Position numbers and translations under genes: made by a program
Origin: Eledone cirrhosa
Taxonomy: Eukaryota
NCBI GenBank assembly: GCA_964016885.1
Contig: OZ024743.1
Coordinates: 207,762,001-207,826,000 of the forward strand
Reading direction: 5' to 3'
DNA length: 64,000 bases
Shown: piece by piece, positions 24,960 to 37,523 of the stretch
How positions within the stretch are numbered: position 1 is the stretch's first letter
Layout of the letters: each line of letters opens with the position of its first letter
The notes under the pieces: generated by a model
What the model was told of the DNA's origin: nothing
The model's input: only the letters and a program-made list of their open reading frames with translations
Database searches by the model: none

Positions 24960-25877
24960 GTGTGTGTGTGTATGTAATGTTTGTGTACGTATGCGTATTT
25001 TGTATGTATGTGTGGGCATGTGTGAGTATATATATATGTATATATATATGTACATACATGTGTGTGTGCATATGTATGTGCATGTATGTGTGTATGCATA
25101 TATGTGTGTGTATGAGTGTGTATATATAGATATATAAATATATATAAAATTGGACGTATGTATGTGTGCGTGCGTATGTATGAGAGAGTGTGTGTGTATA
25201 TATACATATATGTATGTATGTGGGTGTGTGTCTGTCTGCGCATGTAGACGTACGTGTGTGTATGCATAAGTCTGTCGGTGTCTGCATGTGTGTGTGTATG
25301 TATATTAGTGTGTGTGGGTGGTTACTCTGAAGTGTGAACAGACGTGTGGGATGCTGAACCCAGCATGACTCCGTCGAAATGTGTCGGACGGAAAATGGCT
25401 GATGACCCGTGTAGCAGTAGATACTGACCAGAACTTGTGATGGCGTGGAGTAAAAACAGCCAATGGCATGACAGGAGTGGATGTAGGGTCTTTTGAGGGT
25501 GTTTTTTGATGACCCGTGTGGCAGTAGATACTGACCAGAACTTGTGATGACATGGAGTAAAAACAGCCAATGGCATGACAAGAGTGGAAGTAGGGTTTTT
25601 TTAGGGTGTTTTTTTATAACACCCCAGTGATAAAATTTGCTCCAAACGAAATACTCATGTCTGAATGAACCTGCAGAAGTAGAATCAGCCAGATCCATAC
25701 AAGGACCATGTCTTGAGCTACCTGCCGGAGAAACAATTGTAACACGCAATAAATTAAGTCCAGATGCATCACTGATTTTTCATTTTCTTTATACTATCTA
25801 CACTCTACTCTGATGATTATCGAGTGCTAATTTTGACATAGCGCCTATGGAAGCACCATAACTACCATTCTACACAA
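23185..25877 (+). mobile_element. Probable 3' region/pseudo-LTR of the Penelope-like element with (TA/TG)n expansions and internal duplications
   Basis: Contiguous with the ORF; ~200-bp duplication at 24420-24780 and ~107-bp duplication at 25400-25615; ends at a long (TA)n. Confidence 0.5.
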
Positions 25878-25878
25878 C

Positions 25879-26000
<122 letters not shown>

Positions 26001-26063
26001 GTCTCCCCCTATTGGGGAAAATCGATTAATTTTTAAATTACATTTGTAATTCTATCACAGAAA

Positions 26064-26094
<31 letters not shown>

Positions 26095-26329
26095 TGTTTC
26101 TTTATTAGCCACAGGGGCACAAAAGAAGAGGACAAATACAAAGGGGGAAGTTTACATACAATAAAAACGTGTAAAATATTATCACAAATGTAATTTAAAA
26201 ATTAATCTATTTTCCCCAATAGGGGGAGACATTTCATATGGGTAACACATACCCCCGAAAAAATGTGCAAACCTCATCTCCAGGAGTACGAAGAGTTTGT
26301 ACTCCTTTCCTCTCCTCCTTTTCCTCAAC

Positions 26330-29262
26330 CTACAGGCTGATATAGAGAGAAGGCCCATTCACTCGGGCCATTCTCGCCACTTTCACCCACCTTTCATAAA
26401 ACTTGCTGGGGTACAGCACCTCTCTCTCCATCCTGATTCTTCTTCCAAAGTGGTATTTGAACAAAAGAATCAGTTGTTGGCCGGAGAGAAAGGTGTCTGA
26501 CCTCAGCCCTTTTAACCTCGTCCACCATACAACCTCTTTCGCCATAGCTATCACACAAAGGAAAACCGCCTCTCCTTCGTTTTTGAAGGAGGGTGGCGGT
26601 TTGATCATGACAATGGACTCGGTGGTCAACCGGATTGGTCCCACCCACGACAATAGTCGTTCTACATAGTCCCACAGCTCGGTAATGCCCGGGCAGTGTA
26701 TGAATGTGTGCGCGACGGTTTCTTCGTCTCGCACGCATCTCGGACAGATCCTTTTCGAAGACTCCCTGCCCGGGCGCCCATGTCTGTAGAGCTTGTCTCG
26801 AACTGGTAGAACTCCTCGGTAGCACTGCCAGGCCAGGGACTTTTGGAAGTTGTCCATCGGTCCCGGACGGAAGGTCCTACCGAACAGACTGGCTAGTTCG
26901 TCTTCCTCTATGCCTAGAGTTTCTCCGAGCACGTCGTCGCACTTGCTGCGGATCAACCTTTTATAGAATGACGAAGTGGAGTCTCCACTGATCGCCGGAT
27001 CCGCCTGCCAGAGAGCTGTGAGCGCCTGAGCACATTCGATGTGCCAGTTGCCCATTTTCCTCGGTCTTTGCCTGACCCAGGACTGCAGCTCGGTCAGCGA
27101 GACGAGTCGTGGGAAGGCTCGCTTCACGAACGGGGCCCACACCGGTTGTCCGGTGAGGAATACGTAGAGATGCCGCAGCCTGGGTGCGTGTTAGCGCATC
27201 ATCAGCCACGGCATCCCCAACCCTCCCGCTTTCTGCAATACCGGTTCTAGAGGGATGCCCTGCAATAGCTCCAACTTCCGCAGTAGTGGCTCGAGAAGGG
27301 AGGAGAGAGGGCATCTCTGTGGGATGGATCATGTGATATCGAAAGGCTCCGAGAGGTAGCCGTTCACCTTGACCATTGAGTAGATGTTGCTATTGTGCAT
27401 TGCAGCAATCCAGCTCCTGAACACGGGTCCGAAGCCTGCCGCCTCGAGCACCGCATCTAGGTAACGATGGTCAACCCTATCGAAAGCCTTAGACTGATCC
27501 AAGTTGATCAGGGCCCCACCGAAGCCGGGTTTACACCCTACCCTCTCTGTTATGTATCGCATGAGGTGGAGGTTGTCGTGTATGGACCTGGTAGGGATTG
27601 CACATGTCTGCGCTTCTCCCACCAGGTTTTCGACGACAAGCACCAGCGTCTTTGCCAACACCTTGGCCAAAATCTGTAACTCTGTGTTTAGCAGAGTTAT
27701 GGGCCGGAAGTTGCCTATGTCATCCCCCTTATTCTCGTCCTTCCTGACTAGTGTGACTACGCCCCTGGTCACAGAACTGGGAATTCTACCATTCTGCTGC
27801 CAGTTGCAGTAGACCGCTTCCAGGAGACCGGAGAACAAGTCCGGCATTGCTACGTAAAATTCGTAGGGTAGGCCGTCGAGACCTGGAGATTTGCGTTTGC
27901 CGCATTGGCTCGGCATGTCCCCTATCTCAGCGGCTGAAATCGGCTTTTCGCAGAACTTCGCCTCGCTGTCCGAGAGTCACGGTAGGCCGTCGAAGTGTGG
28001 ACCGAAATCCATAGCCCCTCCCGGCGCGCCGCCCTGCCCGAACAGCTGAGCAAAGTGCCGCTGAAAGGCCGTGCACATCTGCTTCAGCTCACGTTTCACG
28101 CGTCCGTCTTGGTCCTTCAAAGACCGAATCGTGGACTTGTTGCCACTTTTCGCCTCCGTCGCCCGGGCCCTGCTAACGGCTTTGGCTCCTTTGTTACCCA
28201 GAGCACATATTTTGCTTCTGACAACGCAGCCCTCGTGCTTTGCGTCGAAGAACTGGTCCAAGGCCGTTCTCATTGCTAGTATGCTGGCTACGTTGCCACT
28301 TCTAATTGCCTCTTCTACTTTATCTACCAGTTCCTTCTCGGGCCTATTTCTATCTAACGCTAATTCTTTACTAAAAACTAACGAGTCTAATCTAACTGCC
28401 TTCTTGAGAGAGTACCACCATTTTTTGTTGACAATGGACCCTGTCAAGTGCTGTTTAACTAAAGTGCTAATAAGTCTACTGTAGGCTTTGCATGTCGGTA
28501 ACGACAAGTTCAGCTTCCAGTAGCCGGATCCTTGTCTATGGGTTCTATCAAGGTTGACCATGCAGGTCACTAGTTTGTGATCTGAATAGGCAACCATGAA
28601 CATTTGTGGACAGATTAACATGTCCCTATCCTTATTTCTAACTAGAAACCTAACTAGGTACGATCTAGATGTTCCGCTGCGATTAGTCCACGTCCACAGT
28701 GGTACAGTCGGAAAATCTAGTCGATATCTATCGGCCAGGTCAAATCGGCCGATTAACTGTTTGAGGCTGTTACACCCCCCCCCCCTTTATCGGGACATGC
28801 TCCCACATAGTCCCAACGTGCATCTAGGATTCCATTCCAGTCCCCCACTAAAAGCAAGGAGCGGGACGTTCCCAGAAAAGTCTTTAGACGTTTGAAGAAG
28901 TCTGACCGTGGTGTCCCGGATGGGGCATATGCGGCCACCAGCCTGAAGGCTCCACCTTCACTACCGTCAACGTCTAGGACCACCAGTCGACCCTCCGGGT
29001 CCAGATGTACCGTCTGTGTTACGAGGTCCAGGTGTTTCCGCAGCAAAGCGGCAACCCCGCCCCCACCTCTCGGCTGACAGAGAGATGCGTAGATCTCAAA
29101 GTCGTCGAAGATGGGGGCCAGCTGTCGCTCGCTGTGGATCCTGGACTCGCAAATGGCTACTACATCCATACTGTGCGACCTGAGGTCGTTTAAGAGTTTT
29201 CCCTGTTTCCAGGGCATCCCCAGGCCGCGTACGTTCACACATCCAACTCTTATATTGACCAT
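26330..29262 (-). pseudogene. Tx1-like ORF2 (APE endonuclease, reverse transcriptase, C-terminal CCHC zf-RVT) with stops, frameshifts and an internal deletion
   Basis: NVRGL, GDWN, SDHK, YWKLN, KSPGLDGLP, NFRPITLLN, DQSKAFDRV, CPRC...ETVAHTFIHC; YADD motif absent. Confidence 0.93.
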
Positions 29263-29298
29263 GTTGGTGCTGAAAAATTAAAAGAAGAGGAAAAGAAA

Positions 29299-31189
29299 TC
29301 AATCACCCCTTCGTCTCCTGGGGACCAGGCTGCACGATTTCCATGGGGGTGTTGGAGGGGTTGTCTGGGTGGGTGGTGGTTTCCGGTGGGGTGGGGACGG
29401 AGGTGTTTGGTGGGGAGGGGGTGTCTGGTGAGATCGGAATGTCTGGGTGGGGGTGTCTGGAGTGAGGAGACATTTGAGAAGGACGCAGTTAAGTGGTTTC
29501 ACGCAGGAATTCCTCACATCCTTTTCAAATGTTTCTTTTAGAGACCTATAAGTTTGTATAGGGACCCTAATCAGTTTTAGGTTCAGTTTTTTGTTATTTT
29601 TATTTGAGTGGGCGAAAGTTTTCCCTTCGGTTTTCACCGAAGGGTTGTTCGTAATGGTCTCCATTAGTGTTTTGTTTTCAGTGTTTATGTATGTGTAAGT
29701 GTAATTCTCTTGTGTTGTGTTTGTTTTTGTCTGTAGTTCTTGTGTGTGCTTTCGTTTTGTTGTAGGTATTTTGTTTTCAGGAGGTGGGGGGTTTGTTTGT
29801 GATGTTTTTTGTTGTTTGTGTTGGTGGTTGTATGTTTGTGGTAGTGTTTGGTGTGTTTTTGTTTTTTGTGGTGTTTTTCTTTTCACTGGGTGATGACGAG
29901 ATAGCCTCATCTGTTGTATCGTCTGTGTGATTGGGGAGGGGTATGTCTTGGGGAGCTGTTGTGTCTGTATGTGATTTTGCAGTGGTTTTAGGTGAAGTGG
30001 GGTTGGGTGGGACTGTGTTTGTTGTGGTTATTTTTGTGTGTTGGTGTTGTTGTTGTGGTGGTGGTGGTGGTGGTTGTGTTATTTTGATTGGTGCCGGCAG
30101 AAGAGTCTTTTTTTTACTCATTAATTTAGGACAGGCAGCCCTCAAGTGACCTCTGCTAAAGCAGTGGTAACGTGAAGGCCGCCTACCCTCAACCGAAAAG
30201 TTTATGTAAGTGAGTCCGTCCAGGAGTACACGTTGTCGGATCATAGCTATTCGCTCTGGGCTCATTTGCACCAGAACTTCAACGCTAGTCCCATTAAATA
30301 CATCTCTGGGGGACTTTCCTACTGACAGTATTCTGTCTTCATCAAAATTGATGAAGCCGCACAGTATCCACCATATATTTACCTTTGGTGTGACACTTGT
30401 GATTCTAATCTTTTGTGTCCTTTTTCCCATGTATGTAGGGAAAAAGGTATACAGGTTGGATACAATTGGCGACACAGAGTAATTTTGAGCCGTCAATTGA
30501 TCCTTCATGAGTACCGAAATACTCCCAAAGAGTTTGCCTCTTTGAATGAATGAAATATCATTCATTGAATTTTTGAAAACCAGTTCAATTTCTTTCTGTG
30601 ACAATTGGACCGGTTTTCGGGTAGAATTGGAAACTGTCCTAAAAACTATCGTTTTGAGGGCAGTTTCCTTGTGAATTTCTACAGGGGAATTGATGCTGAA
30701 AGCACCATTCTTTTCGAAAGTAACATATTTCCTGGCGTCCGTTAGAAGTTGTTCGGCATTTGATATGTCGAGATATGTTAGTTCCTCCTTTTTCTGAACT
30801 GTCTGTGCAAAGGAGATTTTCCGTTTCTTTGTAGAATTATCCGTGTTGGTGGTGTTGTAATTATTGTTGTTATTGTTGTTGTTCTTCTTGTTGTCACTGA
30901 TGTTGATATTGTTCGTATTTTCCTTGGTGTTGTTGTTGTCTTTGATGCTCGTATTATTGTTGTTGTCATTGTTGTTTTTATCATCATTATTGGTGTTGTT
31001 ATTTTTGTTGTCATTTTACTGTTTGGTGTCATTTGTGTCGTTTGGATTTGAATTTATTTTTACAATTTGATTTCGTCTTTCCATCTCCATAGTATCTATG
31101 GAGAAGCAAAGAGAAGAAAACGATGTTGACTGTGAGCTATGTAGTCTTACCGACTCTCCACTACCATTATCGCCAAACGCAGCGTTCAT
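29299..31189 (-). pseudogene. Tx1-like ORF1 (gag-like, degenerate CCHC knuckle, Thr/Pro-rich tail)
   Basis: VEGRRPSRYHCFSRGHLRAACP knuckle directly upstream of ORF2; broken into several frames; start position approximate. Confidence 0.8.
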
Positions 31190-31402
31190 AGCGTAATCAA
31201 ACTTTTTTCAAAATTCGATGGAGAAAAATTTTTTCAAACGAATATTTCGCCCCTGTAGGGGCGAAAATGAGTTGACCCACTGCCTGAAGATCCAGACGGT
31301 GGGTCAAGTTACACAATAATATAAAATTTAACTGAAAACTCACGGTTGTTCTTACATAAATTTACGGAAACTTCTCCGCGAAGTTACACACGCCTGGTAC
31401 AG

Positions 31403-31456
<54 letters not shown>

Positions 31457-31464
31457 TAGATAGA

Positions 31465-31822
31465 TTTCTTTATTAGCCACAGGGGCACAAAAGAAGGGGA
31501 CAAATACAAAGGGGGAAGTTTACATACAATAAAAACGTGTAAAATATTATCACAAATGCAATTTAAAAAATTAGTCGATTTTCCCCAATAGGGGGAGACA
31601 GTTTATATGGGTAACACATACCCCCGAAAAAATGTGCAACCCTCATCTCCAGGAGTACGAAGAGTTTGTACTCCTTTCCTCTCCTCCTCCTTTTCCTCAA
31701 CCTACAGGCTGATATAGAGAGAAGGCCCATTCACTCGGGCCATTCTCGCCACTTTCACCCACCTTTCATAAAACTTGCTGGGGTACAGCACCTCTCTCTC
31801 CATCCTGATTCTTCTTCCAAAG
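31465..31822 (-). mobile_element. Second, 5'-truncated copy of the same Tx1-like LINE (3' end only)
   Basis: Near-identical to 26097-26450; (GATA)n on both sides. Confidence 0.95.
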
Positions 31823-31828
31823 GGATAT

Positions 31829-31884
<56 letters not shown>

Positions 31885-31909
31885 TCAGATGGATGGATAG
31901 ATAGATAGA

Positions 31910-32150
31910 TTTTATTTTAAGTGGTAACACCCCTGTGACAATTAATTTTCTTTAGCCATTAAAAGTACATTACTAGAAGTCCCATATGTTATAAAATAAA
32001 TAGGATGGGTTAGGGTCTCAATATGTAAAGTAAACAACTAATTCTGGTTTTTTAAAAATCAATGGAGACAACCTAGAAAAGTTACAGATTTACCAACCCA
32101 ATCACGTATTTTAACGCTCCACCCTCATATTATTTGGGGCCCGACACTAG
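31910..32150 (+). mobile_element. MITE-like repeat fragment (family of 49593-49960)
   Basis: Shared internal sequence with the 15258 and 49660 copies. Confidence 0.7.
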
Positions 32151-32164
32151 CTTTTATATTATGG

Positions 32165-32378
32165 TTTCTAATTTAGGTACAAGGCCAGCAATTTAGGATG
32201 AGAGGTAAGTCAATTTATCAATCCCAGTACATTACTGGTACTTTATACAATTGACCCTGTAAGGATGAAAGACAAAGCTGATCTCGGCAGGATTTGAATT
32301 CAGAACATAAAAAGCTGTAACTGAATAGTACGAAGTATTTTGTGTGATGCTCTACTGATTCTGCCAATCCAGTGCCCT
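32165..32378 (-). mobile_element. tRNA-derived SINE, family A (diverged)
   Basis: CTGGTACTTTAT, GGATTTGAATTC and CTGCCAATCC are reverse complements of family A motifs. Confidence 0.85.
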
Positions 32379-32505
32379 TCTAGTTGATATATGATGGAAA
32401 ATGTACTTAGTAGATATCTATATTTCTTAATCCCTTAATCAATTACTAAGGCATTGATTTTCATTCCTATACTTAGATGATTATTATCTGTCTTGGATAC
32501 CTTTG

Positions 32506-33512
32506 GTAACAACTGTTTCATGTTCACATAAACCAGTTATCAAAACTATATTACCTTAGTAATAACTGTTTCATGTTCACATAAACCAGTTATCAAAACT
32601 ATATTACCTTAGTAATAACTGTTTCATGTTCACATAAACCAGTTATCAAAACTATATTACCTTAGTAATAACTGTTTCATGTTCACATAAACCAGTTATC
32701 AAAACTATATTACCTTAGTAATAACTGTTTCATGTTCACATAAACCAGTTATCAAAACTATATTATCTTAGTAATAACTGTTTCATGTTCACATAAACCA
32801 GTTATCAAAACTATATTACCTTAGTAATAACTGTTTCATGTTCACATAAACCAGTTATCAAAACTATATTACCTTAGTAATAACTGTTTCATGTTCACAT
32901 AAACCAGTTATCAAAACTATATTACCTTAGTAATAACTGTTTCATGTTCACATAAACCAGTTATCAAAACTATATTATCTTAGTAATAACTGTTTCATGT
33001 TCACATAAAACAGTTATCAAAACTTTATTATCTTAGTAATAACTGTTTCATGTTCACATAAAACAGTTATCAAAACTATATTACGTTAGTAATAACTGTT
33101 TCATGTTCACATAAAACAGTTATCAAAACTATATTATCTTAGTAATAACTGTTTCATGTTCACATAAAACAGTTATCAAAACTATATTACCTTAGTAATA
33201 ACTGTTTCATGTTCACATAAACCAGTTATCAAAACTATATTATCTTAGTAATAACTGTTTCATGTTCACATAAAACAGTTATCAAAACTATATTACCTTA
33301 GTAATAACTGTTTCATGTTCACATAAAACAGTTATCAAAACAATATTACCTTAGTAATAACTGTTTCATGTTCACATAAAACAGTTATCAAAACTATATT
33401 ACCGTAGTAATAACTGTTTCATGTTCACATAAAACAGTTATCAAAACTATATTACCTTAGTAATAACTGTTTCATGTTCACATAAAACAGTTATCAAAAC
33501 TATATTATCTTG
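32506..33512. repeat. 53-bp minisatellite, ~19 units
   Basis: AATAACTGTTTCATGTTCACATAAACCAGTTATCAAAACTATATTACCTTAGT; unit starts at 32561 and 32614. Confidence 0.97.
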
Positions 33513-33551
33513 GTGAAGTGAAATCAGATGAAGTATTGTAGAAAACTTTGG

Positions 33552-33765
33552 TCATGATTACTACATGATTGGTACATGGTGACTACATGGTTACTACATC
33601 ATTGGTATATGGTTATTACATGGTTACTACATGGTTAGTATACAATTGATACATGGTTACTACATGGTTACTATATGATTGGTACATGGTCACTACATGG
33701 TTACTACATGGTCACTACATGATTGGTACATAGTTGCTACATGGTGACTAGATGGTTACTACAGT
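33552..33765. repeat. 11-bp tandem repeat (ACATGGTTACT)n, degenerate
   Basis: Directly visible. Confidence 0.9.
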
Positions 33766-33873
33766 TAGTTCCAGACTGGAACTAGCTGTTGAAAAGGCAA
33801 AAGCTCAGCTGTCGGGTGCCGACTCTTTATTATACACACAAACACTCTCATGCTCTCTCTCTCTCTATATATA

Positions 33874-35595
33874 TATCATCATCATCATCATCATTATCGT
33901 TTAACGTCCGTGTTCCATGCTTGCATGGGTTTGGACGGGAGTTTTCCCACTTGAGGCAAGAGTGGTTGTCTTGCTCACATAGGACTGTCTGGCGGGTTTT
34001 CTACAGTTGGATGCCCTTCCTAACACCAACCACATTTACAGTGTGGGGCTGGGAGGTTTTTACCGTGTTGCCTACACGGCCACATTACAGCGTGGACTGT
34101 CTGGCAGGTTTTCTACAGCTGGATGCCCTTCCTAACACCAACCACATTTACAGTGTGGGACTGGGACGTTTTTACCGTGTTGCCTACACGGTCACATTAC
34201 AGCGTGGACTGTGTGTTTTTTTTTCGTGACACCTACATGATCTCATTTGTTTCGGCCTGGATTTTGTGGCACCAACATAACTTTACATTGAAAGGGGCGG
34301 TGTGGATGGGGTGGGGGGGTGGGACGGGGGTGTATTTTGTTAGAGATGCCTACTGACTGTAGTAGGTTTTACTTTGTATTTAGGTAACGCGGGTCTTCTC
34401 TGTTACTGAGTACCGCCAAAGGTCTCGGTCCAGTGACATTGTCTTGGAGAGGTGTAAGTGTGTGAGGTCGGAATTTATCAGCTCGTCCCAGGTTTTTCTG
34501 GGTCTGCCTACTCCGTGGCTACCATCTATCTTTATTGCCCTGCACTTTGTTATACAGCTGTCGTCTTTCATGCGCATCACATGACCATACCAACGTAGCC
34601 TTCTCTCGAGTAAACAACATCTGATCCCTCTTATTTCTAATTTTTTCCTTAGTTCGTTTATGCTTTGCCGTTCGCGTATATTACTATTACACATCCAGCG
34701 GAGCATGCAAGCTTCGTTCCTCTCTAGTCTGCGTATATCCTCTGCACACAATGCCCAGGTCTCACTGCCATGCAACATTGCTGTTCGTATGCAGGCATCA
34801 TACAACCTGCCTTTCACTTTTAGGGAGAACCCTTTAGCGGCTAATAGTGGTATAAGCTCTCTGAACTTTTTCCATCCAGTTCTGACTCTAGCTACTGTAC
34901 TTTCGGAGCACCCTCCCCCACTGCTGATTTTGTCACCCAGGTAACGGAAGCTGTCCACTATTTCTATAGAACCCTCTGCGCAGTTGAAAGAGCTAGTATT
35001 TTGTGGGCACTTGCTGCTACTTATTGCACCAGAGCACCGGCCACATGTAAAATCTGTGTTCTTAGTTAGCTTACCTGTGATCCCACTACATCTTTTATGC
35101 ACCCATACTTTGCATTTGGGACATAAAATGGAGTTTCTACCTACGCCTTTCCTACACACTGAGCATGGCCATTTCCCGGAAGGGACCGGCGCCTTATTTT
35201 CTTTCCTACAAACTAGAACTTTAGTCTTAGCCATGTTAATTTTAAGGCCTTTTGATTCTAGGCCGTGCTTCCATGTTTGGAATTTCTTCTCTAGCTCGGC
35301 CATTGATTCAGCTATGAGCGTTAGGTCATCTGCGTATAGGAGTTCCCATGGGCAGCCGGTCTTGAACTCCTCTGTTATAGCCTGAAGAGCAATAATGAAT
35401 AGTAGGGGGCTAAGAATAGAGCCCTGATGGACACCAACTTTTACGCTAAACTCTTCACTATATTCGTTGTTAATTCTAACCTTGCTCACTGTTTCTTTAT
35501 ACATGGCTTGTATAGCTCTCACAAGCCATTCGTCAACACCTAGTTTTCTAAGAGCCCACCAGATAATTGAACGGGGGACTCTGTCGAAGGCTTTC

Positions 35596-35600
<5 letters not shown>
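33874..35600 (-). mobile_element. 5'-truncated RTE LINE, second subfamily, young
   Basis: (GAT)n tail at 33874-33895; UTR with a ~112-bp tandem duplication; uninterrupted ORF. Confidence 0.95.
34380..35600 (-). CDS. RTE reverse transcriptase C-terminal 406 aa (no true start) with embedded PHD-like Zn finger
   Basis: EKAFDRV, GVHQGSILSPLLF, LYADDL, CSVC...CPKC...HKRC...CGRC, FRYLG, RLRWYGHV. Confidence 0.93.
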
Positions 35601-35647
<47 letters not shown>

Positions 35648-36074
35648 CTCTCTGTCATTGATTAATAGCCAGAATGAAAATTAAAGATAATTGGTTGCAC
35701 AAAATAAGAGATAGTCAGGTCATATATAACACACAGAAAGACAGACAGACACACACACACACACATACATATGCACATACACACACATATATATATGCAT
35801 ATACACACATACATATGTAAATATATATATACATATATATAAACTATGATGATGATACACACACACACATATATATATATATATACATACATACACACAC
35901 ATATATGTGTGTGTGTATGTGTGTGTGTGCATGCATGTCTGTGCATGTGTGTGTGTATATATTGGATGTGAAAGATAGCCAAATTTGTAATTAATTGAAA
36001 TGGCACAATTAATAAGAGTGTTTTCAACTGAAATTGATGCTGGCTTTTTATTTAGAAATAACGAGAACTATTAT

Positions 36075-36246
36075 TGGCATAGAGTTATGGCCCCTTGCGT
36101 TCTGAGTTCAAATCCCACCATGGTTAACTCTGCTTTTCATCCTTATGCGGTCGATAAAATAAAGTACCAGTAATACACTGGAATTGATTTAATCGAATGT
36201 CCCCTGCCCCCAAATTGCTGGCGTTGTGCCTAAATTAGGAAACATT
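36075..36246 (+). mobile_element. Family A SINE, 5'-truncated
   Basis: B-box GAGTTCAAATCCC and AAAGTACCAG body. Confidence 0.88.
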
Positions 36247-36626
36247 AAGTTTAAGTCTTTTTTTATTATCTTAAAACTTGGTAGATTTTATTAAAATTAT
36301 ATTTTATAATTTCTTAATAAAAAAAAAAATAGGGATCAGGAGAATCAAATATAAAAACAGGGAAGACTGCTCTGGTATAGACATGTGATGATTATTAGGT
36401 AAAGAAGTGGCAAATATTTACAGCGGAAGCAGTGATGTGCTGACGGGGGGGGGGGGGGGGGGTGATAGTCACATCAAGGCAGGTTGTGGGCAGCCAACCA
36501 AATAGTCAAGCAGGGTTCTCCACTCAATAATACTACTGAGCAGAGCATCCACATATATTCCTCAGGTCCCTATAAATCTGAGCCCAGTTTTCTGCTCAAA
36601 TCAGAAGGCTAAGAAATATATATATT

Positions 36627-36787
36627 CAGGTAAAATTCTGTTATAACGAATATCAGTATAACGAATTTTTCAGTATAACAACATTTTTTTCAATCCCCAG
36701 CTACACGCTCGATATGTTAGGTCGATCTCGTTATAAAGAATTTTTCGTTACAACGAATTTTTTAATACCCCGTGACAATAACAGAAT
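36627..36787. mobile_element. Tigger/pogo-like MITE end with reiterated TATAACGAA motifs
   Basis: CAGGTAAAATTCTGTTATAACGAA terminus after TA repeats; motif repeated about five times. Confidence 0.5.
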
Positions 36788-36824
36788 GTCAATGTGTATA
36801 TATATGTGTGTGTGTGTGTGTATA

Positions 36825-36902
36825 CAGGGTGTCCTAAAAAAATATATACACACGTCAGCGGCATTCATTCAAAGTGTGCATATATTTTTGAGGGACACCC
36901 TG
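36825..36902. mobile_element. 78-bp Tc1/mariner-type MITE
   Basis: TIRs CAGGGTGTCC / GGACACCCTG with further imperfect pairing; TA context. Confidence 0.85.
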
Positions 36903-37523
36903 AATATATATGTTGTTTAGTTTACATATTGAGACCCCCAAGCCATCCTATTTATTTTATAACATATGGGATTTCTAGTAATGTACTTTTGTCATGTATG
37001 TTTTCTAATGTATATAAAGAAAATTAATTGTCGCAGGAATGTTACGACTTAAAATAAATTTTCGCCAGAGATAAATTAAAATTAATAAGTGTGTGTGTGG
37101 GGGGGGGGGGGGGTGAAAAATGAATAAGAGGGGGTGAGGGTAAGGGAGGGCCGATTATGAGAGACCTGAGTATAAGACAAAAGTTGGAGAACAGCCGTTG
37201 CAAGGGAAACAACTCTTAATAGCTTCATGCTTATAACTATCAGCTATAGGTTTGTCTAGTTGGAATAAATCCTGACTTCTGTAAGAAACCCGTTTTACAT
37301 ATTCTTTTCTTTATTCTTTTATTTGTTCCTCTTCAGTAAATTAAGGCCATACTGGAGCACATCTCTGTTATAGTCGATCTTTTTTTTCCAGCGCCTCAGC
37401 CTCGCCATCACCCGAGGTAACACTCCCAACATGCTGGCTTGCCTCGAAAATTATTAGAAAAGTTTCCCAGTGTTATCTTTTGTTTTGGTAGCGGTTCGTT
37501 TGTTCACCCATTTCACCTGCCTT

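Larger units (their letters stand above)
26097..31400 (-). mobile_element. Near full-length Tx1-like (L1 clade) LINE, inactivated
   Basis: 5' UTR, ORF1 with Zn knuckle, ORF2 with APE-RT-zf order, 3' UTR ending AATAAAGAAA; (GATA)n on both sides. Confidence 0.95.

Noticed and set aside
23688-25320. Numerous [12 protein letters not shown] ORFs (also 35662-36027 and 47115-47648)
   Set aside because: Translations of dinucleotide microsatellites
26394-30482. Overlapping and antisense ORFs within the Tx1 element
   Set aside because: Shadow frames of GC-richer ORF1/ORF2 with no independent motifs
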